From IMG/VR virus record IMGVR_UViG_3300046542_000227, positions 62,001 to 126,000 of that record: a DNA stretch of 64,000 nt. The stretch is one strand, 5' to 3'. Of this stretch, positions 19,347 to 29,053 are shown one piece after another (the first letter of the stretch is position 1; every line of letters starts with the position of its first letter). The notes beneath the pieces are model-generated. The model was not told the DNA's origin. It saw only the letters and a program-made list of their open reading frames with translations, and made no database searches. The position numbers and the translations under genes were made by a program.

Positions 19347-19386
19347 GGACATAAGCCCCTGCCCGTAGGCAGGGGTTTTATGCCGT
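19347..19386. terminator. Terminator between convergent genes
   Basis: cataa-gcccctgcc-cgta-ggcaggggt-tttatgccg. Confidence 0.75.
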
Positions 19387-22380
19387 CTAGATCACACTGA
19401 TGGTTGTGCCATCAGCGTTTAACCGGTAACGTTTGAATCCTTCAATCGCATTGATCACCCGAGGGTAACCAAAGGCCTGATGGATGGTTACGCCAGGCGC
19501 TAACGCCCAAGCGCCATTCATATACCGGTAGACACGGTTGTTGAGGACGTCCAGGATAATGTCCCGACGATAACCGTCTGCGAACACGATGTTGTTGAAC
19601 GTAGCGAGTGGTTGAGACATTGCACCAAACCCGATTGGGGATGGTCCTTTGAACTTCGCCAGCTCTGGTATGTCGTTAAGGTTAAAGCTCATGTTGTAAG
19701 CAGGGTCGTAAGTAGCACCCGACCAAGCCGTAGCTTGAATCGTGAACTGATCACCACGACGCAGAATCTTCACTCGCTTAAAGGCACCCGACCAGCCACC
19801 AACGTCAGGACCTTGTACGACAGAGAGTTCCTTGTAGCGACCGTTTTGAGCCACCCAAGTATTCTTGTACTGGAAGTCTGTGCACAACACTTGGCTAGGC
19901 CAAATCGGACGGTTCTCGTAGTTACGAGCACCACGGGTGAGCACCAGATCCAATGTATGGTTTTGCCCTGCGACATCGTCCCGTACGAAACCTAGGACAA
20001 CCCCAATGAAGTCATCGTCACCGTTGGTAGACTTGAGGGTTACTTCCAAGTCATAGTCGAGTACCGAGTAGTCTGAGATAAAGCCTGTCCAGCCACCCGT
20101 GTTGTTTGGCTGTACTGCCGAACCTAAGACATCGTCCCAATACCAAGCCGCAGCATCCGCCGTTGGTGTGGTCCCTTTAGGGAACCAAGCATCTGCGTTG
20201 AAGCGACTCCAGTTATCGAAGATCTGTTTCGGGGTAGGTGGTACGAGACGTGCCAGTGCATCAATCACGCCGGCGTTAGTATCGTAGGCAAACGCGTTAA
20301 CATCACTGAGGGCAATGTTACCCTCCATGTAGTTACGCAGTTGGTAGATGTTCTTGGCGTGAGCAGGACTGTAGACCATCGGATAGAAAGCACCGACTTC
20401 AGCCATGGCCTTCTCTACCGCACGCACCCGGTAAGTTCCCGGAGCACTCGGAGCGATCAGACCAACCACGTTAGCCAAAGCGTTCAGGTCGTTGATGTCA
20501 GGTTGAATCCGGTTGACGTTGAGTGTACGACTGTAGGTGAACGGAGATTCGATCGCTGCTCGGATGGTGTCACCGTGGTTAACCCGCACAGCTTCACCCG
20601 AGTACCACAGTTCATTCGACCCGTTGGTTTCATCGTAGGATACTTCACCCACTTTTATCCCATTGCGGTAGATAGAGCCTGCCAGTGACCCTAGACCGGC
20701 ACCAATCAATTTCACCACAGGCTTAGCCCGGAAGTTCCATCCTACATCCACCGACGTCAGGTTGTTGCCCTGAGCGTCTTTGAACTCGATGATCTCACCG
20801 GTAGCGACGTTGTACACGAAGGTATACGTCTGGATGCTCCCGTCAGCCATCTTCAGTAGGAAGTAGATCTTGTTGGCGCCAGTGCCCACCGTAGTGTTAG
20901 GCATGGCCCCTGGTGCAATCAGGGTGGCTGTGGTAACAATCACCTTCGACTCTGAACCACCAGCAATGATAGACTCATCGTTATCCAAACCGTCGTAGAG
21001 CGGATGATCGCCGTAGGTTGACCGGAGGAATCCCACATTGACCGGGAAGCGGTCGTAGTTACCGGTAAAGAAAGCACCGAACTGTACGGCGATACGGTTA
21101 GCCGTACCATAGAAGCCTGCACCCAACGGACCAGTCACCTGAGCGATATCGGTCTGCACGTTGCTACCATGGTCAGTGATCAGTGCGATCCCATTACCCT
21201 GGGCCCGATACGTGGCAAAGTCAGTTACCGAACCCGGGGTGATCCGGGCGACGTTGCTTATATCGTACGCTGTGGAGAACACCACCACCGCACAGTACTG
21301 ATTCAGTTCTGCAAGGTTAGTGGCGATCGTACCGCCGTAGTCAGTGTGGTCTTTGATCGTTGGGATAAACCCAGCTGCCGCACAGATGCGATTGATACTG
21401 ACAGCGAACCCGTACATGTCCGTGTTCTTGATGCTGTAGTTGATCCCTTCACCGGCTTGGTCACCGATGAACAGGATCTTCTTGTTACCCGCTGCTACCT
21501 TAGCCGGGTTAGCAATAAACCGCAGGCAGTTGAACAAGTACTTAAACGAACCGGTCAAACGCGAACGTGGGTCGTAGATGTACTTGGACGTACCACTGTA
21601 ACCAGAAGCACCGGCTTCAGTGGATGTCGAGTTAGGGAGCTTGATCTTGTCTTTAAACAAGACGGCTTTGATCGAGCCAGCCGAGTCCAGGATGTAGACT
21701 TCCTTAAAGCGGGTGTAGAACACACCCGGAATCTCACCCTCGTAAGCCAGGCTCCACTTAATGAACGTATAACCAGCAGCCGGCGACAAGTCAATGACAC
21801 GGTGATACCATTGACCAACGGCTAAGGTACCGAGATCAGACGCTGGATGTGCCGCGAGACCGTTCTGGTCTTTCATTACACCCGGACCTGCACCGCCCCA
21901 ATCACGAATGGAGTAATGTGTCGCATCAATAGCAGGGTTTGCTGCAGTGATCGCATCAATACCCACACGCGCATCGATACTGTTGGTCAACATGTCGTAC
22001 ACTAACTTGTCACCGGGGGCGATAGTTACTTGCACGTCGGTGAAGGCGTCGTAGTAATACGTGTTGCCAGTGGCCCCAGCATCACGGGTACCTTTGTACT
22101 CCATACTGAACAGGGAATCGATCCCGGCTTCTGGAGCATAGGTGTTGTAGAACTTAGGGAAGCCGCCGTCGTACACCACATTCCCCGTACCATCCTGCGT
22201 TACCGCAATAAATGGGTTTGGTGGGGTCAGTGTGTCGTAGGCGATGTATTGCGACAAAGAAGGTGGTAGTCCATTCACCGAGTAGGCTACTTGTACCACA
22301 GCCGGGTCAAACGTCCAATGGACCGTTTGCGCACTAGGGAGACCCCCCGGTGGAATGCTAGGCGTGACTGAGTTAGCCAT
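19387..22380 (-). CDS. Virion tail/receptor-binding protein with lectin-like domains
   Basis: 997 aa, Gly/Thr/aromatic-rich; DDDFIGVVLGF lectin-like segment. Confidence 0.6.
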   Translation of the reverse strand: MANSVTPSIPPGGLPSAQTVHWTFDPAVVQVAYSVNGLPPSLSQYIAYDTLTPPNPFIAVTQDGTGNVVYDGGFPKFYNTYAPEAGIDSLFSMEYKGTRDAGATGNTYYYDAFTDVQVTIAPGDKLVYDMLTNSIDARVGIDAITAANPAIDATHYSIRDWGGAGPGVMKDQNGLAAHPASDLGTLAVGQWYHRVIDLSPAAGYTFIKWSLAYEGEIPGVFYTRFKEVYILDSAGSIKAVLFKDKIKLPNSTSTEAGASGYSGTSKYIYDPRSRLTGSFKYLFNCLRFIANPAKVAAGNKKILFIGDQAGEGINYSIKNTDMYGFAVSINRICAAAGFIPTIKDHTDYGGTIATNLAELNQYCAVVVFSTAYDISNVARITPGSVTDFATYRAQGNGIALITDHGSNVQTDIAQVTGPLGAGFYGTANRIAVQFGAFFTGNYDRFPVNVGFLRSTYGDHPLYDGLDNDESIIAGGSESKVIVTTATLIAPGAMPNTTVGTGANKIYFLLKMADGSIQTYTFVYNVATGEIIEFKDAQGNNLTSVDVGWNFRAKPVVKLIGAGLGSLAGSIYRNGIKVGEVSYDETNGSNELWYSGEAVRVNHGDTIRAAIESPFTYSRTLNVNRIQPDINDLNALANVVGLIAPSAPGTYRVRAVEKAMAEVGAFYPMVYSPAHAKNIYQLRNYMEGNIALSDVNAFAYDTNAGVIDALARLVPPTPKQIFDNWSRFNADAWFPKGTTPTADAAAWYWDDVLGSAVQPNNTGGWTGFISDYSVLDYDLEVTLKSTNGDDDFIGVVLGFVRDDVAGQNHTLDLVLTRGARNYENRPIWPSQVLCTDFQYKNTWVAQNGRYKELSVVQGPDVGGWSGAFKRVKILRRGDQFTIQATAWSGATYDPAYNMSFNLNDIPELAKFKGPSPIGFGAMSQPLATFNNIVFADGYRRDIILDVLNNRVYRYMNGAWALAPGVTIHQAFGYPRVINAIEGFKRYRLNADGTTISVI

Positions 22381-22388
22381 GGGTCACC

Positions 22389-22760
22389 TTATGGCAGGCG
22401 TTTGAACGGGCGGTCGATACGCACCAGTACAGTAGCGGCAGTACCGCGGTACAAACGGATACGGATAGCACCGTTGGTTTTGATACCACCGGACACAGTC
22501 GATTCAGCGTCGATGAAATAACCGTTGGTGTCAGAACCCACTTGGTCATCGAGCAGCTTGACCGAGATACGCGCCGACGACAAATCGAACTGGGCGTTAT
22601 CAGTTGGCATCAACGTAACCAGGCTGTAGTCCTTGGTGCCGTTAGCGGGGATAGTGACCTGTTCGAAGACCAACGGCTTACCACCTGCCTTGGCGAAGTG
22701 CAGCAGCTTCTGGACCATGGCGGTGAACTTTGTAACGAAGGCAGCGGATTTCGTAGTCAT
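22389..22760 (-). CDS. Small virion-associated protein
   Basis: Co-oriented upstream of tail protein; GAGG RBS on minus strand. Confidence 0.6.
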   Translation of the reverse strand: MTTKSAAFVTKFTAMVQKLLHFAKAGGKPLVFEQVTIPANGTKDYSLVTLMPTDNAQFDLSSARISVKLLDDQVGSDTNGYFIDAESTVSGGIKTNGAIRIRLYRGTAATVLVRIDRPFKRLP

Positions 22761-22793
22761 GAATATACCTCTTTGCTTGAATTTACTTGGGGT

Positions 22794-22802
22794 CTATATC
22801 AT
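22794..22802 (+). promoter_or_regulatory. Early promoter motif variant CTATATCAT
   Basis: Directly upstream of the GIY-YIG gene. Confidence 0.5.
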
Positions 22803-22829
22803 TTCGCTGAAGGAACACTGGAGATAGCC

Positions 22830-23621
22830 GTGAACCCAAGAACCAATATCGCTGGGACCTATCCAGCCGACATCGCAACATACATACTGACCAATAAAGC
22901 GACTGGTCAATTCTACATGGGTTCGACGAATAATCTAGCCCGCCGTCTCAATCGTCACCGTAACGATCTTGAGAAAGGCACCCATCATTCCGACAAGTTA
23001 CAGTCTCAATTCTTCGGTTGGGAACACATCGAAATTGAATACACGATACATGCAGATCACGAGGCTGCTCTGCAAGCGGAACAGTGTCAGATCGATGAGC
23101 TCTATCTAGACCCGCTTTGCTGTAATGTTTCAACATGGTCACATGGTTTCTGGGGCGGTGCTTACGGTAAGCCTCAGGAGGTTAGGGATCGTGCTGCAAA
23201 TAAACTGAGAGGTTATAAACACACGGACGAGTTCAAGGAGAAGTGTCGGCAACGTATGCTCGGTTCGGTAATGTCCGCCGATCAAAAGGAGAAGATATCT
23301 GAGGCACTGTTAGGTCGTGTTGTCAGTGATCAGACACGCCAGCGGATTAGTGCTGCGCAAAAGGGTCGTGTCGACCCCAGTAAGTTTGGTCCGACTAGGG
23401 CATTAAAGGCAGTTGAAACGAAACGACTTAATGGAACGATGGGACACACAGAGGCATCTAAAGCCAAGATCGCTGCGGCTAACTTTAAATCCGTCGTGAT
23501 TGAGGGGGTAACCTATCCTTCACTTCAAGATGCCGGAGAGATACTCGGTTATGGTCGTCAGACGGTGGCCTATCGACTTAATTCTCCTAGTCGCAAATTT
23601 AAGGATTGGAATTGGGCTTAA
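22830..23621 (+). CDS. Free-standing GIY-YIG homing endonuclease with NUMOD3-like repeats
   Basis: ATYILTN...FYMGST.NLARRL..H; repeats HTDEFKEK, SDQTRQRIS, HTEASKAKI; C-terminal IEGVTYPSLQDA; GTG start after GGAG. Confidence 0.85.
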   Translation: MNPRTNIAGTYPADIATYILTNKATGQFYMGSTNNLARRLNRHRNDLEKGTHHSDKLQSQFFGWEHIEIEYTIHADHEAALQAEQCQIDELYLDPLCCNVSTWSHGFWGGAYGKPQEVRDRAANKLRGYKHTDEFKEKCRQRMLGSVMSADQKEKISEALLGRVVSDQTRQRISAAQKGRVDPSKFGPTRALKAVETKRLNGTMGHTEASKAKIAAANFKSVVIEGVTYPSLQDAGEILGYGRQTVAYRLNSPSRKFKDWNWA

Positions 23622-23662
23622 CGGCATAGAGGGTGGCATTGCCACCCTCAGCCTTTTTCTTT

Positions 23663-25849
23663 TTACCAGCCAACAAACCCAGAGGATTGTGTTGAGTGTT
23701 TCGGAAGATCCCCTGCGAGATCGATACCGTAGTTGTTGAAGTGGGAACCCAATACTGCGTTGAATGCACCAGTATCGTCGTAGCCTGTTTGGTTGGCTAT
23801 TTCAACATCAAAATCCTCTAGTGATTCAGTAATGGCAAAGGGTGATTTGATTCCCATGATCTGCTCCACTTGCGACATGCTCCACTGGAGTATGTCCGAA
23901 GAGCGGGTAGAGATGTTAGCCTCTTCACCGGTATCCAAGTGGCACTGGTAAACAGTGGTCTGGGTGTCAGCACCGATACGGTGGATACGCGAGATTGCCT
24001 GTTCCTGAATGTAAGCACGGAACGGGGCATTGATCATGATCATGGTATCCGCCATCACCAGCGGTACAGCAGTCGACAACGAGTTGTACGTAGCGATCAA
24101 CGGATTGAGGGCTTCGTCTTGTTCGAACTTCTTGACGATCAGAGCGAGTTCATTGTTAGTCTTGCCGTATACTACCAGCGGACTCAGGTCAACGGACTTA
24201 CACTGTTCAGAAGCAGCTACCAGCGCTTCAACGAACGAGGTGAATACCAGCGTCTTCTTCATGGTAGTGTCAGCGATAGCCACGAAGTCGATGTGTTTAA
24301 CCATCTCAACGTGACACTCGATACGCTTACGTCCAAGCACACGGCCCAGACATTCACCCTGGATCTTCAGCTTGGTGTACTTGATCACCGACTTGATATC
24401 ACGGAACTCCTTCACCATCTCCTTAGGCAGGGATGGCTCGAAGTAGCGTTTCTCGTAAAGGTTAGTATACGCAATCTCTTCGCCGATGTAACGCGGGTCA
24501 GGGTTAGCGATTACCGTCTTCAACGTTTCACGGTACTTCTTGTATTCCATCTTCTGCGCTGCTGCACGCAACGTGTCTTCATGGAGTACCAAGCAGCGTT
24601 CCCAGAAACGTTCGTCATCCTTACGTCGTTTCTTGTAATACTCAACCCGTTCTTGGATAAATGCATCCATCACAGTACGGATCGCCGACAGGGTGTACAA
24701 CTTAGCCGTAGGCATCTTGACAGCAATGGTCTTCATGATCGGCTTGTCGAGCTTCAACGCCGACTTCTCGATCTTGTACGAGATCAGACCCATGCGGTTC
24801 TTCAGGATGTCCAGACCTTTGTTGCCGTCCTTACCGAAGATCTTACGGAAGCGCTCTTGCACTTGATCCGTGAACAATGGATCGAGGGTGATCAGCAACG
24901 GGATCAGTTCAGCACCCATGGCTTTAACCGGCGTACCCGAAGCTGGGATGATGTTCTTGCACTCAAGCTTCTTGCAGACTTCAATGAACTGCTGAGTCCG
25001 CATCGATTTGATCTCGTTGAGGTTGTGCGACTCATCGAGGATAATCACCGAGTTGTTAGCAGCCAATGCGCCATTGTTGATCAGGGTCAACAGCTTATCG
25101 AGGGCCTCGTAATGAACGATAACAATCCGCTCATTGTTGTAAGGCTTACCGAACTCAGCAACCCAGTAGGACTGCTGCTCTTTGTATTCCTCAACGACGG
25201 TCTTTTGCCATACGCGCTGGGTGGCGTTCTTCGGACAGATCACAATGATCTTGTCAGCATCTACACCTTCGGCTACGTACAGGGCGCCCATGGTCTTACC
25301 GGAACCTGCTGCACCGGCTAGCAGATAACCATTGAGACCGTACTGATCGACGACAGTATCGTAAGTATCGAGGAACCCATATTGGTGATCGAGTGGGGTC
25401 TTGTAGAAGCGCTTGTAGTTCGCCTTGTTCAAACGACCTACTGGATCGACAGTCGGCAGGGTCTTACCGATCCACGTCTTCTCGAACAGTTCCTTACGGA
25501 TGTTGTTGAGGACACGAACCGAAGTACCAGTTCGAGACTGGATCAACAAGTCGAGCATATAGACAACGTCAGTCGCAAAGAACTTATAGAAGCTGAAGCT
25601 ACTACGACCGAAGGTGTTGAACATGTGCATGGCGATCTTGGACGTTTTCCAGACCTTGGCCATGTCACGTTGCATGACGTCAGCAGGAACCCCTTCCACG
25701 ATAATCTCAGTGGCGGTTTCCTTTACGTTGATAGCACCGAAGGCTCGACGAAAACCTGCGAACATTTCCATGCTGGGTTGTTCGATCATAAATGCCGGAT
25801 TGAAGTGTGGCTGCCGGCCTAGCTGTGGCTCAGATAGTTGATGCTGCAT
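23663..25849 (-). CDS. SF2 (SNF2/DEAD-like) helicase
   Basis: AAGSGKT, ILDESH, ASGTP, QAISRIHRIG. Confidence 0.9.
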   Translation of the reverse strand: MQHQLSEPQLGRQPHFNPAFMIEQPSMEMFAGFRRAFGAINVKETATEIIVEGVPADVMQRDMAKVWKTSKIAMHMFNTFGRSSFSFYKFFATDVVYMLDLLIQSRTGTSVRVLNNIRKELFEKTWIGKTLPTVDPVGRLNKANYKRFYKTPLDHQYGFLDTYDTVVDQYGLNGYLLAGAAGSGKTMGALYVAEGVDADKIIVICPKNATQRVWQKTVVEEYKEQQSYWVAEFGKPYNNERIVIVHYEALDKLLTLINNGALAANNSVIILDESHNLNEIKSMRTQQFIEVCKKLECKNIIPASGTPVKAMGAELIPLLITLDPLFTDQVQERFRKIFGKDGNKGLDILKNRMGLISYKIEKSALKLDKPIMKTIAVKMPTAKLYTLSAIRTVMDAFIQERVEYYKKRRKDDERFWERCLVLHEDTLRAAAQKMEYKKYRETLKTVIANPDPRYIGEEIAYTNLYEKRYFEPSLPKEMVKEFRDIKSVIKYTKLKIQGECLGRVLGRKRIECHVEMVKHIDFVAIADTTMKKTLVFTSFVEALVAASEQCKSVDLSPLVVYGKTNNELALIVKKFEQDEALNPLIATYNSLSTAVPLVMADTMIMINAPFRAYIQEQAISRIHRIGADTQTTVYQCHLDTGEEANISTRSSDILQWSMSQVEQIMGIKSPFAITESLEDFDVEIANQTGYDDTGAFNAVLGSHFNNYGIDLAGDLPKHSTQSSGFVGW

Positions 25850-25916
25850 GGGGTGCCCTATGTTCTAAGGTAGTTAGACTATAAAATTAGCTTCTTTTGC
25901 CTAGCATGTATTGTAT

Positions 25917-26038
25917 GTACGAGGTTTCGACAGAAACCTGAGTAGGAGGTGATCCAGCTCTCGCGGTAATCGTATCCCCCGAATCACTGATGGCATTGCT
26001 GTGAAGCTGACGCCGGGCGATTCACAGGCACCTTGTAC
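25917..26038 (+). ncRNA. Candidate sRNA containing a 16S rRNA 3'-end complement
   Basis: Closing stem 25917-25/26030-38, internal hairpins, AGGAGGTGATCCAGC at 25944-58, downstream terminator. Confidence 0.5.
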
Positions 26039-26045
26039 GGTATAG

Positions 26046-26078
26046 AGCCAGCCCGGGCCCTGGGCTGGTTTTATGCCG
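26046..26078 (+). terminator. Intrinsic terminator
   Basis: agccagcccgg-gc-cctgggctggtt plus ttatgccg. Confidence 0.7.
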
Positions 26079-26086
26079 TTTAAAGC

Positions 26087-26095
26087 CTATATCAC
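26087..26095 (+). promoter_or_regulatory. Putative early promoter motif CTATATCAC
   Basis: Motif copy heading a long operon. Confidence 0.65.
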
Positions 26096-26160
26096 GAAAG
26101 GGAACATCTACTCAGCACCCTAAGTCTATATGGGGTCTGTCTCCTGTAATAGAGGCTTTT

Positions 26161-26562
26161 ATGTTAATCGATCAAATTCTAATGCACATGGCTTTAGTAC
26201 GTGGTTTACGTCTGTGCCGTGTGAGTACGCAACGCTTCGATTTGAAGACTGCTTTAGATAGCGACAAGCCAGTGATCTTCTGGCACACCAGTAATGGTAT
26301 CGACTATCTGGGCTATGAACTGCTCACCACCGATCGGTTCAATAGTCATGTGCCATTCGGTCACTTGCACAGTAAGATCGAATGCTACCACGGTGGCTAT
26401 CGTGTCCACGGTATCTGTGGTAGCTTCTTTCTGGAATATGGAGGGGTGTTGGTAAAGGCTACCGAGATATGGCCAGTTGACTTAATCGCGTATCTCGGTG
26501 ATGGCTTGGTGGATCGTTACCGAGTTGGTATATCGATGGAGCACAAACAGGTGCCGCAATGA
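26161..26562 (+). CDS. Hypothetical protein
   Basis: GAGG RBS. Confidence 0.6.
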   Translation: MLIDQILMHMALVRGLRLCRVSTQRFDLKTALDSDKPVIFWHTSNGIDYLGYELLTTDRFNSHVPFGHLHSKIECYHGGYRVHGICGSFFLEYGGVLVKATEIWPVDLIAYLGDGLVDRYRVGISMEHKQVPQ

Positions 26563-27227
26563 ATGGGAAAGACTTCTTCGATCTAGCAGGACCATGGGCT
26601 GGCATTGGTAGCCGTGAGGCACCGATGCCGGTACAGGTTCTTATGACCCGTTACGCTCGTACCGTCTACGACTTAAAGATGGGTCCATTGCACAGTGGCG
26701 ACGCTATCGCTTCTGACTTTGCGTTCTGGGTAGGCGCACGGCTGTCCAAGAACTTCTTTGAGCTCGGCGCCAAGATCTTCCTTTATAAGAACGGCTATCA
26801 AAACCGTTGGCATGATGATCAACTGGGTTTCATTAACGTCAAGACCTTTGACCCTGAGATCCGTGCAGAAGCAGAAGAACTCGCCCGGGTAGCTCGTAAT
26901 GGTTTCTGGGGTTTGGGTGCTGGCGGTATTGGTTTGGTCTCACGTAACCCATTTCAGTTGCTGGATGTGGATCTAAAACACCCGGTGGCTAAATGTTTGT
27001 ATTGGGGTATCCCACAGGGCAAGACAGAGAAAGTCCGGGGTGGTACTAACGTCGGTCTGCAGATCGCCATTCGCTTTAACATTCCTCGGATGAATTTGTA
27101 CTATGAAGAAAACCAAGCGCTCCTTCAAACGTGGCTCGAAGAAAAAGAAACCGCAGAAGGATACCCGGCCGATCTTACTCGAATTATCGATTCCCGCCGA
27201 GACGACTATCCATACCCAGGCTTCTAA
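26559..27227 (+). CDS. DprA/SLOG-like Rossmann-fold protein
   Basis: AGIGSRE, HSGDA..SD.AF, RN..QLL and GGT motifs. Confidence 0.65.
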   Translation: MNGKDFFDLAGPWAGIGSREAPMPVQVLMTRYARTVYDLKMGPLHSGDAIASDFAFWVGARLSKNFFELGAKIFLYKNGYQNRWHDDQLGFINVKTFDPEIRAEAEELARVARNGFWGLGAGGIGLVSRNPFQLLDVDLKHPVAKCLYWGIPQGKTEKVRGGTNVGLQIAIRFNIPRMNLYYEENQALLQTWLEEKETAEGYPADLTRIIDSRRDDYPYPGF

Positions 27228-27456
27228 GATCGAGCTGATCAAAACCCATGCCGACCAGATCGCTGGCGACATGTTGTTCACTCGGGACAATCTGGTTAAC
27301 TCGATTGATCCTGAACAAGTCTATACCGCCGAACAAGTCACTGACTATATTGACGAAGGCATTCAAGGCGTACTCGGGGTTCTGCACAAACAAGTAGAAC
27401 CTTGGAGCATGACCATTGACATCTGCCAATCCTATTTCGACAAGATCAATAACTGA
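27103..27456 (+). CDS. DIN-motif family protein (ends YFDKINN); start uncertain
   Basis: Resembles 54646 ORF (LFTRDNLVN vs LSFNRDKAVN). Confidence 0.55.
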   Translation: MKKTKRSFKRGSKKKKPQKDTRPILLELSIPAETTIHTQASKIELIKTHADQIAGDMLFTRDNLVNSIDPEQVYTAEQVTDYIDEGIQGVLGVLHKQVEPWSMTIDICQSYFDKINN

Positions 27457-27464
27457 GTGCGGAT

Positions 27465-27935
27465 ATGCAAAAGATCCCTAATCTCTCGGCGAGTCTATTT
27501 GCCAAGAGCTTCAGCAGCGGTATTGAAAAGAGCGTGTGTGAGTCGCTGAAGCGTTGCTACTCGATGTACGAAGTGCTGGACTTGGAAGCCCTCGTGCACA
27601 AGTCCACCACCCCACGCGAACATAAACCATTGCCCAACGGCATGGCTCCAGTGTTGGTAGTATTATCTATCCGTGATACCCTGGTACCGACGGTGCGTAA
27701 GTTCATCGATCGAGTGCTGCAGCTGCACGGGTTGGCTAAACAAGGTCCTTTGGATATGGCCACCGCAGAGCCAATGGTAACTGAGCTCTGCAAAGAGGCT
27801 GGTTACGAGGTGCGCTTCGTGGATATCCCGATCCACTTCCACATGCATGAAGTGATCTGTGAGATCCAAAAGACCAGGGTGATTGCCGGGGTGACGGTAA
27901 GCGAGGTGGATAATGTTGCCAGTGCAGCACTTTAA
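27465..27935 (+). CDS. Hypothetical protein
   Basis: Operon context. Confidence 0.65.
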   Translation: MQKIPNLSASLFAKSFSSGIEKSVCESLKRCYSMYEVLDLEALVHKSTTPREHKPLPNGMAPVLVVLSIRDTLVPTVRKFIDRVLQLHGLAKQGPLDMATAEPMVTELCKEAGYEVRFVDIPIHFHMHEVICEIQKTRVIAGVTVSEVDNVASAAL

Positions 27936-28410
27936 AGCAATGCAAGGACAAAAGCGAGAGCAGCGGCTGGCGCAGTTGGCTTCATATTGCCCTAGTGCAA
28001 CGATCATGAAACTGGCTGATCTCGTACGACGGGGAACCACCGGTACTCGGGTGTGCCAATATCCTGACCGTACTCGGCCTGCGTTGTTCTACTTCACTGA
28101 AGACCTCGAACCCGGTGAAGCACTGTTGCATCTGCTACGTGAGTTCAACGTACAGAACGGACACGGGGCAATCAGCGAATCCAACTACGAGGAGCACGTT
28201 ACTCGCTTCTTTGAAACCTTTACGTCATTGGGTTGGGAAATCTACTATGGCGGGTGCTATGAGGCACAGAGTATTTACGAGCAGGTTTTAAAACACGAAC
28301 TGGACCGTGGCCGCGTCGTTGGCATTGCATGGTCAGCATTAGAGGATGATGGTGATGTCCACAGTAGCTATCGAACACCGCTTGAAAGAAACAGTAGCGA
28401 CACCAACTGA
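27913..28410 (+). CDS. Hypothetical protein
   Basis: GAGGTGG RBS. Confidence 0.65.
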   Translation: MLPVQHFKAMQGQKREQRLAQLASYCPSATIMKLADLVRRGTTGTRVCQYPDRTRPALFYFTEDLEPGEALLHLLREFNVQNGHGAISESNYEEHVTRFFETFTSLGWEIYYGGCYEAQSIYEQVLKHELDRGRVVGIAWSALEDDGDVHSSYRTPLERNSSDTN

Positions 28411-29053
28411 TCTGCTGAAGGCGTTGCATGTTGATCATCCGTACTACATGTGGGATGACGAGATGACCCGTTACGATGGTATCGGTGCATTCCTCGAATA
28501 CTGGCGCGCCTACGACATCGATCTCAACCGGGTTATCCGTTGGGATATTCATGCGGTATCGGAGAACTACCCCGATGCCAGTGAGATGACTGAGGAGGAC
28601 ATCAAGTACTACGGTCCACATGGTTCGCAGTATGCCGATATCTACTTCTTGGCTCCGCGTAAGGGTAACTTGTTTACTCACCGGATTCAGAACCTTAAGC
28701 CCGGCGACACCCCACGGTTGTTTACGTTCCTTAAGCGTCACTGGGAACACACCAAGCTGTTGTGGGAACCACTACCCAACCTAGAGTACTGTCCGCCTAC
28801 CACGCCGCGCAGTCGCTTCTTGGATGAGGTCCAAGCGATTACCGATCGTCGTCTGGAGATGGAGCCTAATGTCGCACGGCATATCACTGACTACGTACAT
28901 GAACGGGTCAAGGGCGCCGTGGGCGATGTACTGAGTCTGGTGGACCGTGGGTACCTGTTGTTCGAGAAACCCAAGTCGGAAGATCAACCACTCGACATTA
29001 ATCTCAGCATCGCTGGTGAGCTGGGCAACCTATTCAACGAGATCAACTCATGA
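28346..29053 (+). CDS. Hypothetical protein with C-terminal DIN-family domain (ends FNEINS)
   Basis: VKGAVGDVLSLVDRGYLL...SIAGELGNLFNEINS. Confidence 0.7.
   Translation: MMVMSTVAIEHRLKETVATPTDLLKALHVDHPYYMWDDEMTRYDGIGAFLEYWRAYDIDLNRVIRWDIHAVSENYPDASEMTEEDIKYYGPHGSQYADIYFLAPRKGNLFTHRIQNLKPGDTPRLFTFLKRHWEHTKLLWEPLPNLEYCPPTTPRSRFLDEVQAITDRRLEMEPNVARHITDYVHERVKGAVGDVLSLVDRGYLLFEKPKSEDQPLDINLSIAGELGNLFNEINS

Noticed and set aside
22542-22829. N-terminal extension of the GIY-YIG ORF in the track
   Set aside because: Overlaps the opposite-strand gene; promoter and RBS point to GTG 22830
25944-25958. rRNA fragment or primer contamination
   Set aside because: Match is only 15 nt and is embedded in a self-contained stem-loop unit; reported as a candidate sRNA instead
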